From assembly GCA_050246115.1 (NCBI GenBank), contig JBFWWP010000023.1:24278-88277 (forward strand): a stretch of DNA of 64,000 bases. Direction: 5' to 3'. Below the pieces are notes generated by a model. That model did not search any database. It saw nothing but the letters and a program-made list of their open reading frames with translations, and was not told the origin of the DNA. The first letter of the stretch is position 1; every line of letters begins with the position of its first letter. The translations under genes were made by a program, and so were the position numbers. Positions 8,745-18,820 of the stretch are shown one piece after another. Source of the stretch: Planctomycetota bacterium. GTDB taxonomy: Bacteria; Planctomycetota; UBA8108; UBA1146; JAJFFE01.

Positions 8745-10097
8745 ATGCGACACAGTTGGGTTCAGGGACAGGTCCGTTGGGCTCTTGGAATGGTCTTGGC
8801 GACCTGGGTCGTTGGCGGCACCGCCATCGCGCAGGATCCGAATCTGACGCTGCGCGTGCAGAGCACCTCGATCGCCATGGGGAGTTCGGGCACGGTGGCG
8901 GTGACGTTCGACAACACCGGCGCGAGCGACGTCGACGGCTGGTCGTATGGGGTCTGCCACAACCTGGCCTTCGTCGACATTCTGAGCGCGGTCCAGGGCT
9001 CGACCACGTTGACCTCCAATGGCGGTATGATGCCCGGTTTCCAGTCCTTGACCGTGCTCCCGGGTGAGGGTTACACGGTGGGCGTCGTCATCGACTTGTT
9101 CGGCATCTTCAAGCTCGCTCCGGGCTTGGGCTACGAGTTGAGCGTAGGTACTTACCAGGCCCTGGGCACGCTCGGGGACACGACCAACATCTGCATCTGC
9201 GGTACGCTCGGGGTGCCGGCCGTGGCGGACGTCGTCGTCGTCGGCGGCGCGTCCATCATTCCCACCGAGGTCTGCGGAACGGTGTCGATCACCGGCTCGA
9301 ACCCCTTCATCTACACGGCCTCCGACGAGACCGTCGAGTTCGACGGCGTCACCGGCGTGGCTGCCGGCGACACCGTGATCTCCGTGTCGATCGCGGATCC
9401 GAACACAATCGCTCGCGATACCCAGGGTTTCTCCATGGCGTTGCGCCACGACCCCGCTTACCTCACTCCCCTCGGCTCGCAGATCATGAACGGCTTGGCC
9501 GCCATGAACATGGGCGCGGGCCCGGACTTCTTCGTGCAGAACTTCAACCCCGCGAACGGCCCGGGTTTCACCGTGGGCGTGGCATACAGCCTCATGGGAG
9601 GAGTGTTCCTGCAGTTTCCGATGGCGGGTGAGGTCGTGTTCGAATTGACCTATGACGTCGACGCGACGATCCTGGCGGCGCCGGTCGAGCCGGGCAATCC
9701 GTTCACCACGGATCTGACGTGGGACCCGGCCCTCGGGTCCCCTCCGGTCGAGAACGTCGTCGTGGTCGCCGGGGCAGCAGAGCCGCCTAGCCTCTTCAAC
9801 GGCAGCGTGTTCTTGTCGCCGGTCTATGGCGTGCCGCTCATTCGCGGCGACTGTAACGACGATGGCATCGTCAACATCGCCGATACCATTTGGATCATCG
9901 CGCAGCTCTTCGACAACGGGCCGGTGAGCACCTGCACCGCCGCCTGCGATCCCAACGGGGACGGCGGATTGGACACGTCGGACGCGATCTACGACTTCAA
10001 CTACTTGTTCCTCATGGGCCCACCGCCGGTGGCGCCGTTCCCGGATTGCGACCTCGTCACCGGCGAGGACTGCGATCTCTACAACAGCTGCCCGTAG
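8745..10097 (+). CDS. Secreted protein with two cohesin-like domains and a C-terminal dockerin-like domain (mini-scaffoldin candidate)
   Basis: GGGAGG RBS; signal peptide ending AIA-Q; two beta-rich units (VAVTFDN...VDGWSYGVCHN; ISVSIAD...TQGFSMALRHDP); C-terminal LIRGDCNDDG...ACDPNGDGGLDTSD. Confidence 0.7.
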   Translation: MRHSWVQGQVRWALGMVLATWVVGGTAIAQDPNLTLRVQSTSIAMGSSGTVAVTFDNTGASDVDGWSYGVCHNLAFVDILSAVQGSTTLTSNGGMMPGFQSLTVLPGEGYTVGVVIDLFGIFKLAPGLGYELSVGTYQALGTLGDTTNICICGTLGVPAVADVVVVGGASIIPTEVCGTVSITGSNPFIYTASDETVEFDGVTGVAAGDTVISVSIADPNTIARDTQGFSMALRHDPAYLTPLGSQIMNGLAAMNMGAGPDFFVQNFNPANGPGFTVGVAYSLMGGVFLQFPMAGEVVFELTYDVDATILAAPVEPGNPFTTDLTWDPALGSPPVENVVVVAGAAEPPSLFNGSVFLSPVYGVPLIRGDCNDDGIVNIADTIWIIAQLFDNGPVSTCTAACDPNGDGGLDTSDAIYDFNYLFLMGPPPVAPFPDCDLVTGEDCDLYNSCP

Positions 10098-10115
10098 CCG
10101 ATCCACGGGGCTGAC

Positions 10116-10168
10116 GAAAACGAGAGAGGGTGCGCGATCCGAAGACCGCGCACCCTCTCTCACTTTTC
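10116..10168. terminator. Bidirectional intrinsic terminator
   Basis: gagagagggtgcgcg / cgcgcaccctctctc stem flanked by A and T tracts between convergent genes. Confidence 0.8.
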
Positions 10169-10231
10169 GATGTCTACGCCCGGCTCACGACGCGGCCCTT
10201 CGTCGCTCGAGGCGCGCGGCGTTCGTCGCGC

Positions 10232-11257
10232 CTACTCCTTCTCCAGGCGAATGTCATCGATCGTGATGATCCCGCTCACCCCCGGCATGTGCACGATTCG
10301 GAGCGACAGCACCATGTCGAGGGTGACCTCGCCCTTCCGCGTGAACTTGCTCAGATCGAGACGCAGATCCTGCCACTTGGCCTGCGGCGTGATCGTCGTG
10401 TGGAATCCCTCGCGTTGATAGACCCATGCGGCCCCGGCCCGTCCGCCACCCCGCGGCCCGCCGCCCATGCCGCCGCGCAGGTCGCCTTCGAGCGTATCGA
10501 GGAGAAGTACCAGGTTCGGTCGTGCCTCGTCGGACTCGCAGCGGATCGAGAGATCGAGGTAACGATACTCGCCGACCTTGTCCTTCAGCGCGGTGAAGGT
10601 GAGCGCACTCAGATCGCGGCCGGTTCGCCAGGACAGTGCCCCGCGACCCGTGCGCACCGTTCCCTCTTCCGGCGTGCCTTGGATCACGCGGGAATTGAGG
10701 CCATAGCCGGACTCGCCACGACCGGTGCCACCTTCGCCTTCGCCGCCTTCGGGCGGGTCTGGCTGTGGGGCGGGTTCGCCGGGGGGGCTCGCGGGCTTGG
10801 TCGCGGCTTCTTCGAAGTCCGCAACCGTCAGGAAAAGCATCGCCTCGGCTTCCGCGAGGACCTGCGCCAGTTCGGCTCCGGTCTTGGTTCCCGCGAACCG
10901 ATCGCCGAGCTTGAGCACTCGGACCATCGCCTTGCGCACTTTGCCGGTGCGCAACTCTTCGGTGGCCTTGTCCAACTCGAGACCGCCTTCGGCCTCCAGC
11001 AGGCCGCGCTCCATCGCTTCGCGGGGCTCCTTCTCGACCTTTGACTTGAGACGGCGAAAGCTCTCCCGAGCCTCCTTGTAGGACCCCTTCGACAGCTTCT
11101 CGACGGCGTCCTCGTACTCCTTCTGCAGGGCCGGATCCGGGAGTTGAAGCGCGGGCATGTCCGGAACGACGGGCGGCTGCGGTTCGTCCTCTACTGCCAG
11201 CGCGGCAGACCCGAGGAGTGCAAATGCGAGTAGGGGCAGACGCAGCGAACGAAGCAT
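10232..11257 (-). CDS. Secreted hypothetical protein (helical TPR-like N-terminus, carbohydrate-binding-module-like C-terminus)
   Basis: AGGAGG RBS; signal peptide MLRSLRLPLLAFALLGSAALA; WQDLRLDLSKF...ITIDDIRLE resembles a beta-sandwich CBM end. Confidence 0.6.
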   Translation of the reverse strand: MLRSLRLPLLAFALLGSAALAVEDEPQPPVVPDMPALQLPDPALQKEYEDAVEKLSKGSYKEARESFRRLKSKVEKEPREAMERGLLEAEGGLELDKATEELRTGKVRKAMVRVLKLGDRFAGTKTGAELAQVLAEAEAMLFLTVADFEEAATKPASPPGEPAPQPDPPEGGEGEGGTGRGESGYGLNSRVIQGTPEEGTVRTGRGALSWRTGRDLSALTFTALKDKVGEYRYLDLSIRCESDEARPNLVLLLDTLEGDLRGGMGGGPRGGGRAGAAWVYQREGFHTTITPQAKWQDLRLDLSKFTRKGEVTLDMVLSLRIVHMPGVSGIITIDDIRLEKE

Positions 11258-11552
11258 GGGAGACCTCCTGATGGCGACGTCGAAGAGCGGCCGATCGGAC
11301 CCACCGCAGCGGTGCTCGGGGTGCCACCGCATGGGCGGCGGCCGCGAGGGCGCAGAACCGGTGGTTGTACGTCTAACCCCGAGAAAAGGGTGAGGTTTTG
11401 GGGCTTTTCAGGTACCAACGTCGCCGAGGGACCGACCCGTCGCCGCCGTCGCGGCCGCTCAGAGCACGGGATCCTGGGATCCCCTGCGCGGAGTGGGTTC
11501 ACAGGCAGGGTCCACCCGGACCGGACTCGATTCGAAGGGAGCACGACGAGAG

Positions 11553-12482
11553 ATGAGCCGCCATGTGGTCATCATTGGTTCTGGGCCGGCCGGCTACACC
11601 GCCGCGCTGTACACCGCCCGCGCCAACCTGAAGCCAAAAGTCTACGCCGGATCCGTGAAGCACGGTGGACAACTCATGCTGACCACCGAGGTCGAAAACT
11701 ACCCAGGGTTTCCGGAGGGTATTCAGGGTCCGGAACTCATGGAGAACTTTCAGAAGCAAGCCGCGCGGTTCGAGGCCGAGATCCTGTTTCAGGACGTGGT
11801 GTCGGTTGACTTCTCTCAACGCCCGTTCGTGATTCGAACGCACGAAGAGGAAGAGCGAGCGCAGGCCGTCATCATTGCTACCGGCGCCTCGGCGCGCATG
11901 CTGGGGCTGCCCTCCGAGCAGAAGCTCCTGGGGCATGGCGTGAGCACGTGTGCCACTTGCGACGGGTTCTTCTTCCGCGGCAAGGAGATCGCCGTCGTGG
12001 GTGGCGGCGACTCCGCGCTGGAAGAGGCTACGTTCCTCACGCGCTTCGCGTCCAAGGTTTATCTCGTCCACCGGCGGGACCAACTCCGTGGTTCGAAGAT
12101 CATGCAGGACAAAGCGCTCGCGAACCCCAAGATCACCCCAGTCTGGGACTCGGAGATTGCCGAGGTGTTGGGCGTGGACGAGGGTGTCGTTCGCGGGGTG
12201 AGCTTGCGCAACGTGAAGACCGGAGTCGTGCGCGAGCAGCCGCTCTCGGCGGTGTTCGTGGCCATTGGACACGTTCCAAACACCGAGCTGTTCCGCGGTC
12301 AGCTAGAGCTTCACGACAACGGTTACCTCAAGACCCATCAGGGAACGCGAACGAGCGTCGATGGCGTCTTCGCGTGTGGCGACGTGCAGGACTTCACCTA
12401 TCGTCAGGCCGTGACCGCGGCCGGTACCGGTTGCATGGCGGCGATCGACGCGGAGCGCTGGCTCGAGGCCGGCGGGCACTAG
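11553..12482 (+). CDS. trxB: Thioredoxin-disulfide reductase
   Basis: IIGSGPAGYTAA, GGQL, CATCDG, GGGDSALEEA, GDVQD motifs. Confidence 0.97.
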   Translation: MSRHVVIIGSGPAGYTAALYTARANLKPKVYAGSVKHGGQLMLTTEVENYPGFPEGIQGPELMENFQKQAARFEAEILFQDVVSVDFSQRPFVIRTHEEEERAQAVIIATGASARMLGLPSEQKLLGHGVSTCATCDGFFFRGKEIAVVGGGDSALEEATFLTRFASKVYLVHRRDQLRGSKIMQDKALANPKITPVWDSEIAEVLGVDEGVVRGVSLRNVKTGVVREQPLSAVFVAIGHVPNTELFRGQLELHDNGYLKTHQGTRTSVDGVFACGDVQDFTYRQAVTAAGTGCMAAIDAERWLEAGGH

Positions 12483-12701
12483 TCCTCGATCCAGCGCGTG
12501 GATTCTCTCCGAGGGGGCTTTCTGCCAAGCCCCCGCTCTCTGCATTCGCACGACCCAAGAAAAAAGCGAGAGCGTCCTTCGGGTCTAACCGGTTCCCTCC
12601 CTCCAGTGGGAACCAGAACTGACCGGCCCGAACGCTCTCGCCTGCTGGTGTCGAGCTCGACCCTCGAGAGGGCCGAGCTGTTTCTTCGTGCCGACCGGGA
12701 T

Positions 12702-14078
12702 TCAGTCCGTACCGGTCGGCGATGGTTTCGTTTTGCCTTGGTTCTCGGCCCACCACTTCTGCCAGGCCTCGAAGTCCGTCCCAAACGTCATCCCGGTGCT
12801 TCGTTGCAGAGCGCCGACGTAGGAGATGATTTCGGCCTTGTGAATGTCGATGTCGAGTACGACCCCGTCCTGGAACACGTCGACCACGGGGTCAGCGACC
12901 TCCTGGACGACCAAGCCCGTGCCCCCGGAGACGAGTTCGTAGTCTTTCACGTAAGACCTCTGGACGACGTTGACAATGTGGGCGCGGCCGAACCCTGCCG
13001 CGATCTTGGTGGCCTGCTTGATCAGCGGCCCGACCGAACGTCGGTCCGGAAAAACGTTGAGGGCACGCGCGGCATTGATTCGTTGACGTTCGTCGCCCGC
13101 GGACAAGTAGGGAATGAAGGAGAGCGCGGTGTCGGGCTGGCTCCAAGTCTTCAGCGTGCTCAGGGCCTCGTCGCGCACTGAGCGTCGAACGTCCGTAATG
13201 GCGACGTGGGCGAGCACGTTGTGGTAATCGCGGTTTCCGAGGACCCCGAGCTCCCGTACCGAGAGCTGTCGCTCGCGCGCGCGCAGCGATTCCGTCCCTT
13301 GGAGCAGGATCCAGGCGCGGGTCGCCCGAGGGAGTTCGCGCAGAGCCGCCAGGGCTTGTTCCCGGACGCTCATCTCGCTGCTTCCCGCCGCGGTGCGCAG
13401 CAGCGTCTCGGCCGCGGCCAGGGCACCGGCCGCCTCGCCCTTGCGTTGCAGTTCTTCGAGCTCTCGCTTCGGCACCCAGCGTCCGTCGAACAGCACCATC
13501 CCGAGGGCCCGCTGGTAGTCGTTCTCGGTGAGCCACAACGCGCCGAGCCGTTTGAACCCGAGGTGCTCACGGGCGGACGCATGGTTCGGATCGATCTCGA
13601 GGACTCGCCAACGCAAGCGTTGGGCCTCCGCGCGCATATGCTCTTGGTCGCACCATTCGGCGAGCCGAAACAGGGCGCCCGGGTCCAGGGCCGCAACTTC
13701 TTCGCGGGCTGCGAGCTCCGAACGGGGGTCAGGCGTCGCGACGATGCGCTCGATGGCCGTGGCGTCGAGGCTCACCGAACCCCCCGCGGGAAGCTGCAGC
13801 ACGACGCGCTCGCCGCGCGCAATCACACGCCCCTTCATGACTCGGCCGTTCTTCAAGTAGACCTCGTCCGCTCGGACTGGAGCGGCAACGAGGACCCATG
13901 CCGTGAGGAGCACCGGAAAGCACGAGGCCGCGCGGATCGGGAGCCGTCGTTGCGACCGAACGCGAGGCAGTGGCGCGCGCGAAACGACGGAGGGTAGGGA
14001 GGACAGGGTGAAGAGGAGAGGGCCGGTGGCTTGGGAGTCACAGGAGGCTAAGGAGGCCAGGAGACGGGCATTGGGCAT
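12702..14078 (-). CDS. Secreted HEAT-repeat protein of planctomycete type
   Basis: ADEVYLKNGRVMKGRV N-terminal module, LAEWC...ARE.LG motif, HEAT-like repeats, C-terminal FGTDFEAWQKWW; start codon uncertain. Confidence 0.7.
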   Translation of the reverse strand: MPNARLLASLASCDSQATGPLLFTLSSLPSVVSRAPLPRVRSQRRLPIRAASCFPVLLTAWVLVAAPVRADEVYLKNGRVMKGRVIARGERVVLQLPAGGSVSLDATAIERIVATPDPRSELAAREEVAALDPGALFRLAEWCDQEHMRAEAQRLRWRVLEIDPNHASAREHLGFKRLGALWLTENDYQRALGMVLFDGRWVPKRELEELQRKGEAAGALAAAETLLRTAAGSSEMSVREQALAALRELPRATRAWILLQGTESLRARERQLSVRELGVLGNRDYHNVLAHVAITDVRRSVRDEALSTLKTWSQPDTALSFIPYLSAGDERQRINAARALNVFPDRRSVGPLIKQATKIAAGFGRAHIVNVVQRSYVKDYELVSGGTGLVVQEVADPVVDVFQDGVVLDIDIHKAEIISYVGALQRSTGMTFGTDFEAWQKWWAENQGKTKPSPTGTD

Positions 14079-14415
14079 GGGTTGGACCTCTCCTCTTCGG
14101 TTTCTTGTCTCGCTTCGGAAGTTCGGGTTCGGCATCCTTCGGCCATGACGCGCGCTCCGGACCGCCCCCGACTTCCGACGCTCCGGGTCGAGCAGAATCC
14201 GTGCCGCGGTCGCCTGCTGCCCGCCTCAGAATCCGTAAGTGGCGTTTCGCCCTAGAATTGGCGGAGTGCGTCCAAGGTCGCGCGAGGGCCGTAACCCCCG
14301 TGCGGCAGGCCGGGGTTGTAAGGTGCCGCTTACGAGTGTAAGTGAGTGCCCGCGCGAGGTGCCCGATCCGACCGAAGACGCGGGGCGATCTGATCGCGCA
14401 GAAAGGACTCTCGCC

Positions 14416-14979
14416 TTGGACCACGAGAAGTTGGTAGCGGCCGCGCGCATGATCCTCGAAGCCGTCGGCGAGGATCCAGAGCGCGAGGGCTTGGTCGATA
14501 CCCCGGAGCGCATCGCTCGCATGTACGCCGAGGTGTTCGCGGGCCTCGAACAAGATCCGCACACGGTGTTGAGCACCGTCTTCACCGAGAAGTACGACGA
14601 GGTCGTCATGGTGAAGGACATTCCCTTCTTCTCGATGTGCGAGCACCACTTGCTGCCGTTCACCGGCGTGGCCCATGTGGCCTACATCCCCAATGGCAAG
14701 GTCGTCGGGATTTCGAAACTGGCGCGCGCGGTCGATCTCTACGGTCGTCGGCCGCAAGTGCAGGAACGCCTGACGAACCAGATCGCGGACCTCATCTCCG
14801 AGCAGCTCCAGCCCAAGGGGGTGGCGGTCGTCCTCGAGGCTTCCCACACGTGCATGACGATGCGCGGGGTTCGTAAGCCAGGCTCGCTCGTCGTGACTTC
14901 GGCCATGCGCGGGATGATCCGCAGCAACGTCGCGACCCGGACGGAAGTCATGGGATTGATCCGCAAGCACCAAGGCTAG
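14416..14979 (+). CDS. folE: GTP cyclohydrolase I
   Basis: [50 protein letters not shown]; TTG start after AAAGGA. Confidence 0.96.
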   Translation: MDHEKLVAAARMILEAVGEDPEREGLVDTPERIARMYAEVFAGLEQDPHTVLSTVFTEKYDEVVMVKDIPFFSMCEHHLLPFTGVAHVAYIPNGKVVGISKLARAVDLYGRRPQVQERLTNQIADLISEQLQPKGVAVVLEASHTCMTMRGVRKPGSLVVTSAMRGMIRSNVATRTEVMGLIRKHQG

Positions 14980-14997
14980 CAGGGTACAGGTGTGTCG

Positions 14998-15435
14998 TCA
15001 GGCTTCCGGGCAACGCCCGGCGAGGAGCGCACCAACGACCTCGCGGTTGGCCGCTGGCAATTCGCCCAGGGGAAGTTCCGCGAGCGGTCGCCACTGCCAG
15101 CCGGGGATGGCGGGTCGCCGAGGACTCGCCAGAATGCCGTGGAAGAAGTGAAGCCGTAGGTAACGGTCGGGATACCGGAACTCACGAACTTCGAGTGCGC
15201 GCGGCGGCTCGAGCAGCTCGAGTCCGGTCTCCTCTTGGAGTTCGCGCCGGGCGGCTGCGATCGGCGTCTCTCCGATCTCGACGCGCCCACCCGGGAACTC
15301 CCAGCACTCTGCGAGGAGCGCATCGGCGGCTGGGCGGCGCCGCACCAAGACCCCGCCGGAGTGCTCGACAATGGTGATCGCGACCGTCGTGGGGAACTCG
15401 ACCCCGGGCCGCGGGGGGGGCGTAAGGCCGCTCAT
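14998..15435 (-). CDS. NUDIX hydrolase, MutT-like
   Basis: WEFPGGRVEIGETPIAAARRELQEETG Nudix box. Confidence 0.88.
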   Translation of the reverse strand: MSGLTPPPRPGVEFPTTVAITIVEHSGGVLVRRRPAADALLAECWEFPGGRVEIGETPIAAARRELQEETGLELLEPPRALEVREFRYPDRYLRLHFFHGILASPRRPAIPGWQWRPLAELPLGELPAANREVVGALLAGRCPEA

Positions 15436-15737
15436 CAGTCGTAGTCGAAGATGCTGGGTGGGCGCTTGTTGGGGTCCTTGGCCGCCTTCTCTTTCGCTTC
15501 CTGAAACAGCTTGTCCAGGCGCTCGTCACGGTTGCGTTCCCGTTCGAGGCTGGCCTGGAACTTCTCGGTCGCCTTGGCCGCGACCGACGTCACGTCGTCG
15601 ACCACTTCCTCGAAGGTGCGTTTCTTGTGCCCCTTCTTCTCGAAGGAGAATATGGATCGAGTCTTCGCGTCGACTTGGATCTTCGCGCCGCAGCACTCGC
15701 AGATGATCTCGAACACGCTGGACTCCGGGAGACTCAA
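15435..15737 (-). CDS. Small hypothetical protein with N-terminal Cys motif and C-terminal coiled coil
   Basis: IICECCGAKIQVD; Lys/Glu-rich helix; stop overlaps the NUDIX start. Confidence 0.7.
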   Translation of the reverse strand: MSLPESSVFEIICECCGAKIQVDAKTRSIFSFEKKGHKKRTFEEVVDDVTSVAAKATEKFQASLERERNRDERLDKLFQEAKEKAAKDPNKRPPSIFDYD

Positions 15738-15886
15738 TCAGCGACCTCCTTCCCCTTCAGCGCGACCCGTGGCGGTGCGCACCCGCAGTTCACACGCGGT
15801 TGCGACGAACGCCGGGGGATCCCGGATCGCAACCGGCGACCCCACCCGGTACTCTCTCATTGTTTCCCAAAAGGCGCCCCTCGGCT

Positions 15887-16052
15887 AGGAGGCTGTCGGA
15901 AAACCGTTTTCGACAAGCGAATTGGCGAGGACGCGCCGGTCGGACGAGGCGAGGCGCAGTCGCATGGGACAGATCCGTCGAGCTGAGCATCGTTCGAGCT
16001 GGCGCATACATCGGCGACTCGATGCTCCGACGGCGCTTTCGGAAAGCCCCCT
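15887..16052. mobile_element. Degenerate MITE-like element
   Basis: Imperfect terminal inverted repeats aggaggctgtcggaaaa / ctttcggaaagccccct (13/17); non-coding, similar size class to the other MITEs. Confidence 0.4.
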
Positions 16053-16096
16053 CGCGGGATCGCCGCGGGGGTGGGGCCAGGATCGGACAGGGTGGC

Positions 16097-16588
16097 ATGA
16101 CGCGCGAGGCTCTCTGGATCATCGATGGGTTCAACCTGATTCGGCGCGATCCGCAGTTGTCCCGTCTCGAACGCGAGGCGGGTACGGATTCGGCGCGAGC
16201 TTTCCTCGAGAGTCAGCTCGGTCTGTTCCGGGCGAGAGAAGGGCGAGGGACTGCGGTGCTGCTGGTTTACGACGGAGTCGGGGTCGAACCCGGCGGAGGC
16301 GGGAGCCGCAAGGGCCTGCGCATCGCCTACTCCGGGAAGAACGACGCCGACGGGGTGATTCTCGCCGAAGCTCGCCGGGCCGAGGGGATCGTCGACGTGT
16401 GTGTGGTCACGTCGGACACCCAAGACATCGCGGGGCGAGTTCGCGGGCTACGCGTGCGTTGCTGGTCGGTCGAGCAGTTCCGCGGGCGGCTGTGGGGGAG
16501 TGCCTCGTTGCCGGCCGACGCCGAGAAGCCCAAACCGCCGCGGGGGGAAGAGGTCGACTTCTGGTTGCGCGAGTTCGGAGGGGAGTGA
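16097..16588 (+). CDS. NYN/PIN-domain RNase (YacP/Rae1-like)
   Basis: IIDGFNLI, LVYDG, DADGVI, VVTSD acidic PIN motifs; C-terminal EEVDFWLREF. Confidence 0.85.
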   Translation: MTREALWIIDGFNLIRRDPQLSRLEREAGTDSARAFLESQLGLFRAREGRGTAVLLVYDGVGVEPGGGGSRKGLRIAYSGKNDADGVILAEARRAEGIVDVCVVTSDTQDIAGRVRGLRVRCWSVEQFRGRLWGSASLPADAEKPKPPRGEEVDFWLREFGGE

Positions 16589-16591
16589 GGC

Positions 16592-17221
16592 ATGGGCCTC
16601 GAGGTGGAACTCAAGCTGCAGCTGGTGAGTTCGGAAGACTACGTCACGCTGTGCGCGCGGCTCCCGAGCTTCCTCGGTGAGCAGGTCCAGCGAAATGTTT
16701 ACTTCGACGTCCCGGGGGGCCGACTTCGACAGGCCCGGGTGCTGCTTCGGCTGCGGGTCGAGGGGCCTCGAGCGTGGCTCACCGTCAAGTACGCACCGAC
16801 CATCGAGGACGACGGCTTGTTCGCGGTGCCCGAGGATGAAGAGCCGTTGTCGACCGAGGTCGCAGCCCGTGTCTTGGCCGGCGAAGTTCCGCTGGACGAT
16901 GTGGACAGTATCGTCCTCGAGCGCCTCCGCGCTGCGGTGGGAAACACCACCGGACTACGGCCGTGGGGGAGGCTCGAGAACGTCCGTCGCCGCTACCGTC
17001 TGAGTCCGGAGTGGGTGGTGGAAGTCGACCGAACGGAGTTCCCGGGCGGCTTGGTCGAGTGGGAGGTCGAACTCGAGGGTGCGGACCCACGCGGCGGAGC
17101 CACGCTCCTTTCGCCGTACCTCGAGGGCGTTCGTTGGCTTCCCCAACGGAAGCCGAAGTCGCAGCGCCTGGTCGAGTACCTGAGTTCGATCGAGGGACCG
17201 AGCGCCGGGCCGATGGCGTGA
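16592..17221 (+). CDS. CYTH-domain (triphosphate tunnel metalloenzyme) protein
   Basis: EVELK, QRNVYFD, LRLR, LTVK, EVELE, KPKSQR motifs. Confidence 0.9.
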   Translation: MGLEVELKLQLVSSEDYVTLCARLPSFLGEQVQRNVYFDVPGGRLRQARVLLRLRVEGPRAWLTVKYAPTIEDDGLFAVPEDEEPLSTEVAARVLAGEVPLDDVDSIVLERLRAAVGNTTGLRPWGRLENVRRRYRLSPEWVVEVDRTEFPGGLVEWEVELEGADPRGGATLLSPYLEGVRWLPQRKPKSQRLVEYLSSIEGPSAGPMA

Positions 17222-17274
17222 CGGGTCGGCCGCGAGCCACGTCCGACGGGCGCCGATCGCGTCGGGCGCCGGAA

Positions 17275-17826
17275 TCAGTCGTCCGTGAAGGCGAGATTGT
17301 GGAAGTACGCGGAAGTCCGCACGGTCACGAGTTCTTCGCCGTCGGTGAGTTCGGCCTCGATCACGACCCGCCGCACGCTTCTGCGCTCGGTCTCCGAGAG
17401 GGTGTTGGCGACGATCGCCGTACCGGTGCTGTTGACGTAGCCAAAGGTCAACGAGCTGAGTCCCTTCGCCATGGGCTTCCAGTGGCTGCCGGCATCCTCG
17501 GATCGTTCGAGGGTCGAGCCATTCAGTCGGTACCGGACTTCACCGAAGCCGAGTTGCTCCGTTTCCGCCACGGTCAGATCGACGCCGAGTCCGCCCATGC
17601 GCGTGGCGGATCGAGTGTCCTCGAGGATGCGAATCAGGGCGGGTCGAATCTCGTCGAGCAGCCGCAGGCGGGCAGATCGCGCCTGGTTCCCCCGGGTCGC
17701 TTCGACTATGGGCAAAGACACCGCGCCCGCCAGCATTGCCAGGATGGAGATGACGACGACGAGTTCGATCAGGGTGTGGCCGCGCCGGTTCGCGCCGCCG
17801 CGCTGAGCCGCGCCGCGCGCGCTCAC
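17275..17826 (-). CDS. Type IV minor pilin / pseudopilin (PilW/GspJ-like)
   Basis: RRG|HTLIELVVVISIL prepilin motif; GTGA overlap with upstream gene. Confidence 0.8.
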   Translation of the reverse strand: MSARGAAQRGGANRRGHTLIELVVVISILAMLAGAVSLPIVEATRGNQARSARLRLLDEIRPALIRILEDTRSATRMGGLGVDLTVAETEQLGFGEVRYRLNGSTLERSEDAGSHWKPMAKGLSSLTFGYVNSTGTAIVANTLSETERRSVRRVVIEAELTDGEELVTVRTSAYFHNLAFTDD

Positions 17827-18260
17827 GAGTCCTCCGTCCACCGACAGAAGAGGAGCTTCACCTGGGTGTCGCCAGTCGCGTGCGTCACGCGGACGATCGC
17901 CTGATAGAACCCGGTTCCGGACTGAGATGTTTCCAGGTCGACCGTAGAGACTTCGCGAAACGTGTAGCTGCGCGTGAAGCCGGCGGACGGTGCATCCGTG
18001 GTGTAGGCGCTCAGCACGTAGTCGAGGCCTCGCGCCGGATTGTGGCGATCGGCGAGGAGACGCTCGGCGCCGTCGACCGCGAGGAAATGGGCCAGGGTGT
18101 GCTGCTCTGCGCGCACGGTTCGCGTCACGCCACTCGCGAGGAAACCCAAGACCGGGGTGGCCGCAATCGCCAGCACCGCGATGACCAGCACCAGTTCAAT
18201 GAGCGTATATCCCGTCATCGGAGCGCGGGTCCCGGCGCGAGTCCCGTGAGGCGCGGTCAT
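17823..18260 (-). CDS. Type IV minor pilin / pseudopilin (PilV/GspI-like)
   Basis: G|YTLIELVLVIAVL prepilin motif. Confidence 0.8.
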   Translation of the reverse strand: MTAPHGTRAGTRAPMTGYTLIELVLVIAVLAIAATPVLGFLASGVTRTVRAEQHTLAHFLAVDGAERLLADRHNPARGLDYVLSAYTTDAPSAGFTRSYTFREVSTVDLETSQSGTGFYQAIVRVTHATGDTQVKLLFCRWTEDS

Positions 18261-18769
18261 GGCGCGAACTCCACGTAGCCCGTCTGGTCGTAGATCGTGA
18301 TGGAACGCCCGTCATCGAAGACGACGGACCCCGTACTCGTGAGCGCGGCGTCACTCGCATTGTGGGGAACTCCCGCGGCGTCGAACATCACTTCGGAGGT
18401 TCCTTTGATGTTGACCGTCGCGAGGTTGCAGTGCCCGCCGAAGAGTGCGCCGAGGTCGCGCGTGAAGTCGTCCTGGAGTAGCGGGTCCTTGACCGGCACC
18501 CGCCCGGCTCGCCCGACGTTCGGCGCCGACTCGATGTAGAGCGAGTAGGACTCCGTCGCCACCTGGAAGGCCACCCAGGTTTCGAGGCGCTCGGTCATGG
18601 CGAGAGTTTGCGCGTAGCGGAGATCACGCACCACGGTAGCGACGCCGGTGTCCGCTTGCATCCCCGAGAGGAATCGCAGGGTCGGCACCACGCTCGCGGC
18701 CAGGACCGCGGCCACCAGCATGACGATGATCAGCTCGAAGGTAGTGAAGCCGCCGCGACGTTCCCGCAT
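18257..18769 (-). CDS. Type IV minor pilin / pseudopilin (FimT/GspH-like)
   Basis: RRGG|FTTFELIIVM; DLRYAQTLAM; VMFDAAGVP; ITIYDQTGYV. Confidence 0.82.
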   Translation of the reverse strand: MRERRGGFTTFELIIVMLVAAVLAASVVPTLRFLSGMQADTGVATVVRDLRYAQTLAMTERLETWVAFQVATESYSLYIESAPNVGRAGRVPVKDPLLQDDFTRDLGALFGGHCNLATVNIKGTSEVMFDAAGVPHNASDAALTSTGSVVFDDGRSITIYDQTGYVEFAP

Positions 18770-18820
18770 GCGATCATTGTCGGCCGTCGAGGCGTCGACT
18801 CTTGAGTTGGACAGGAGTTA

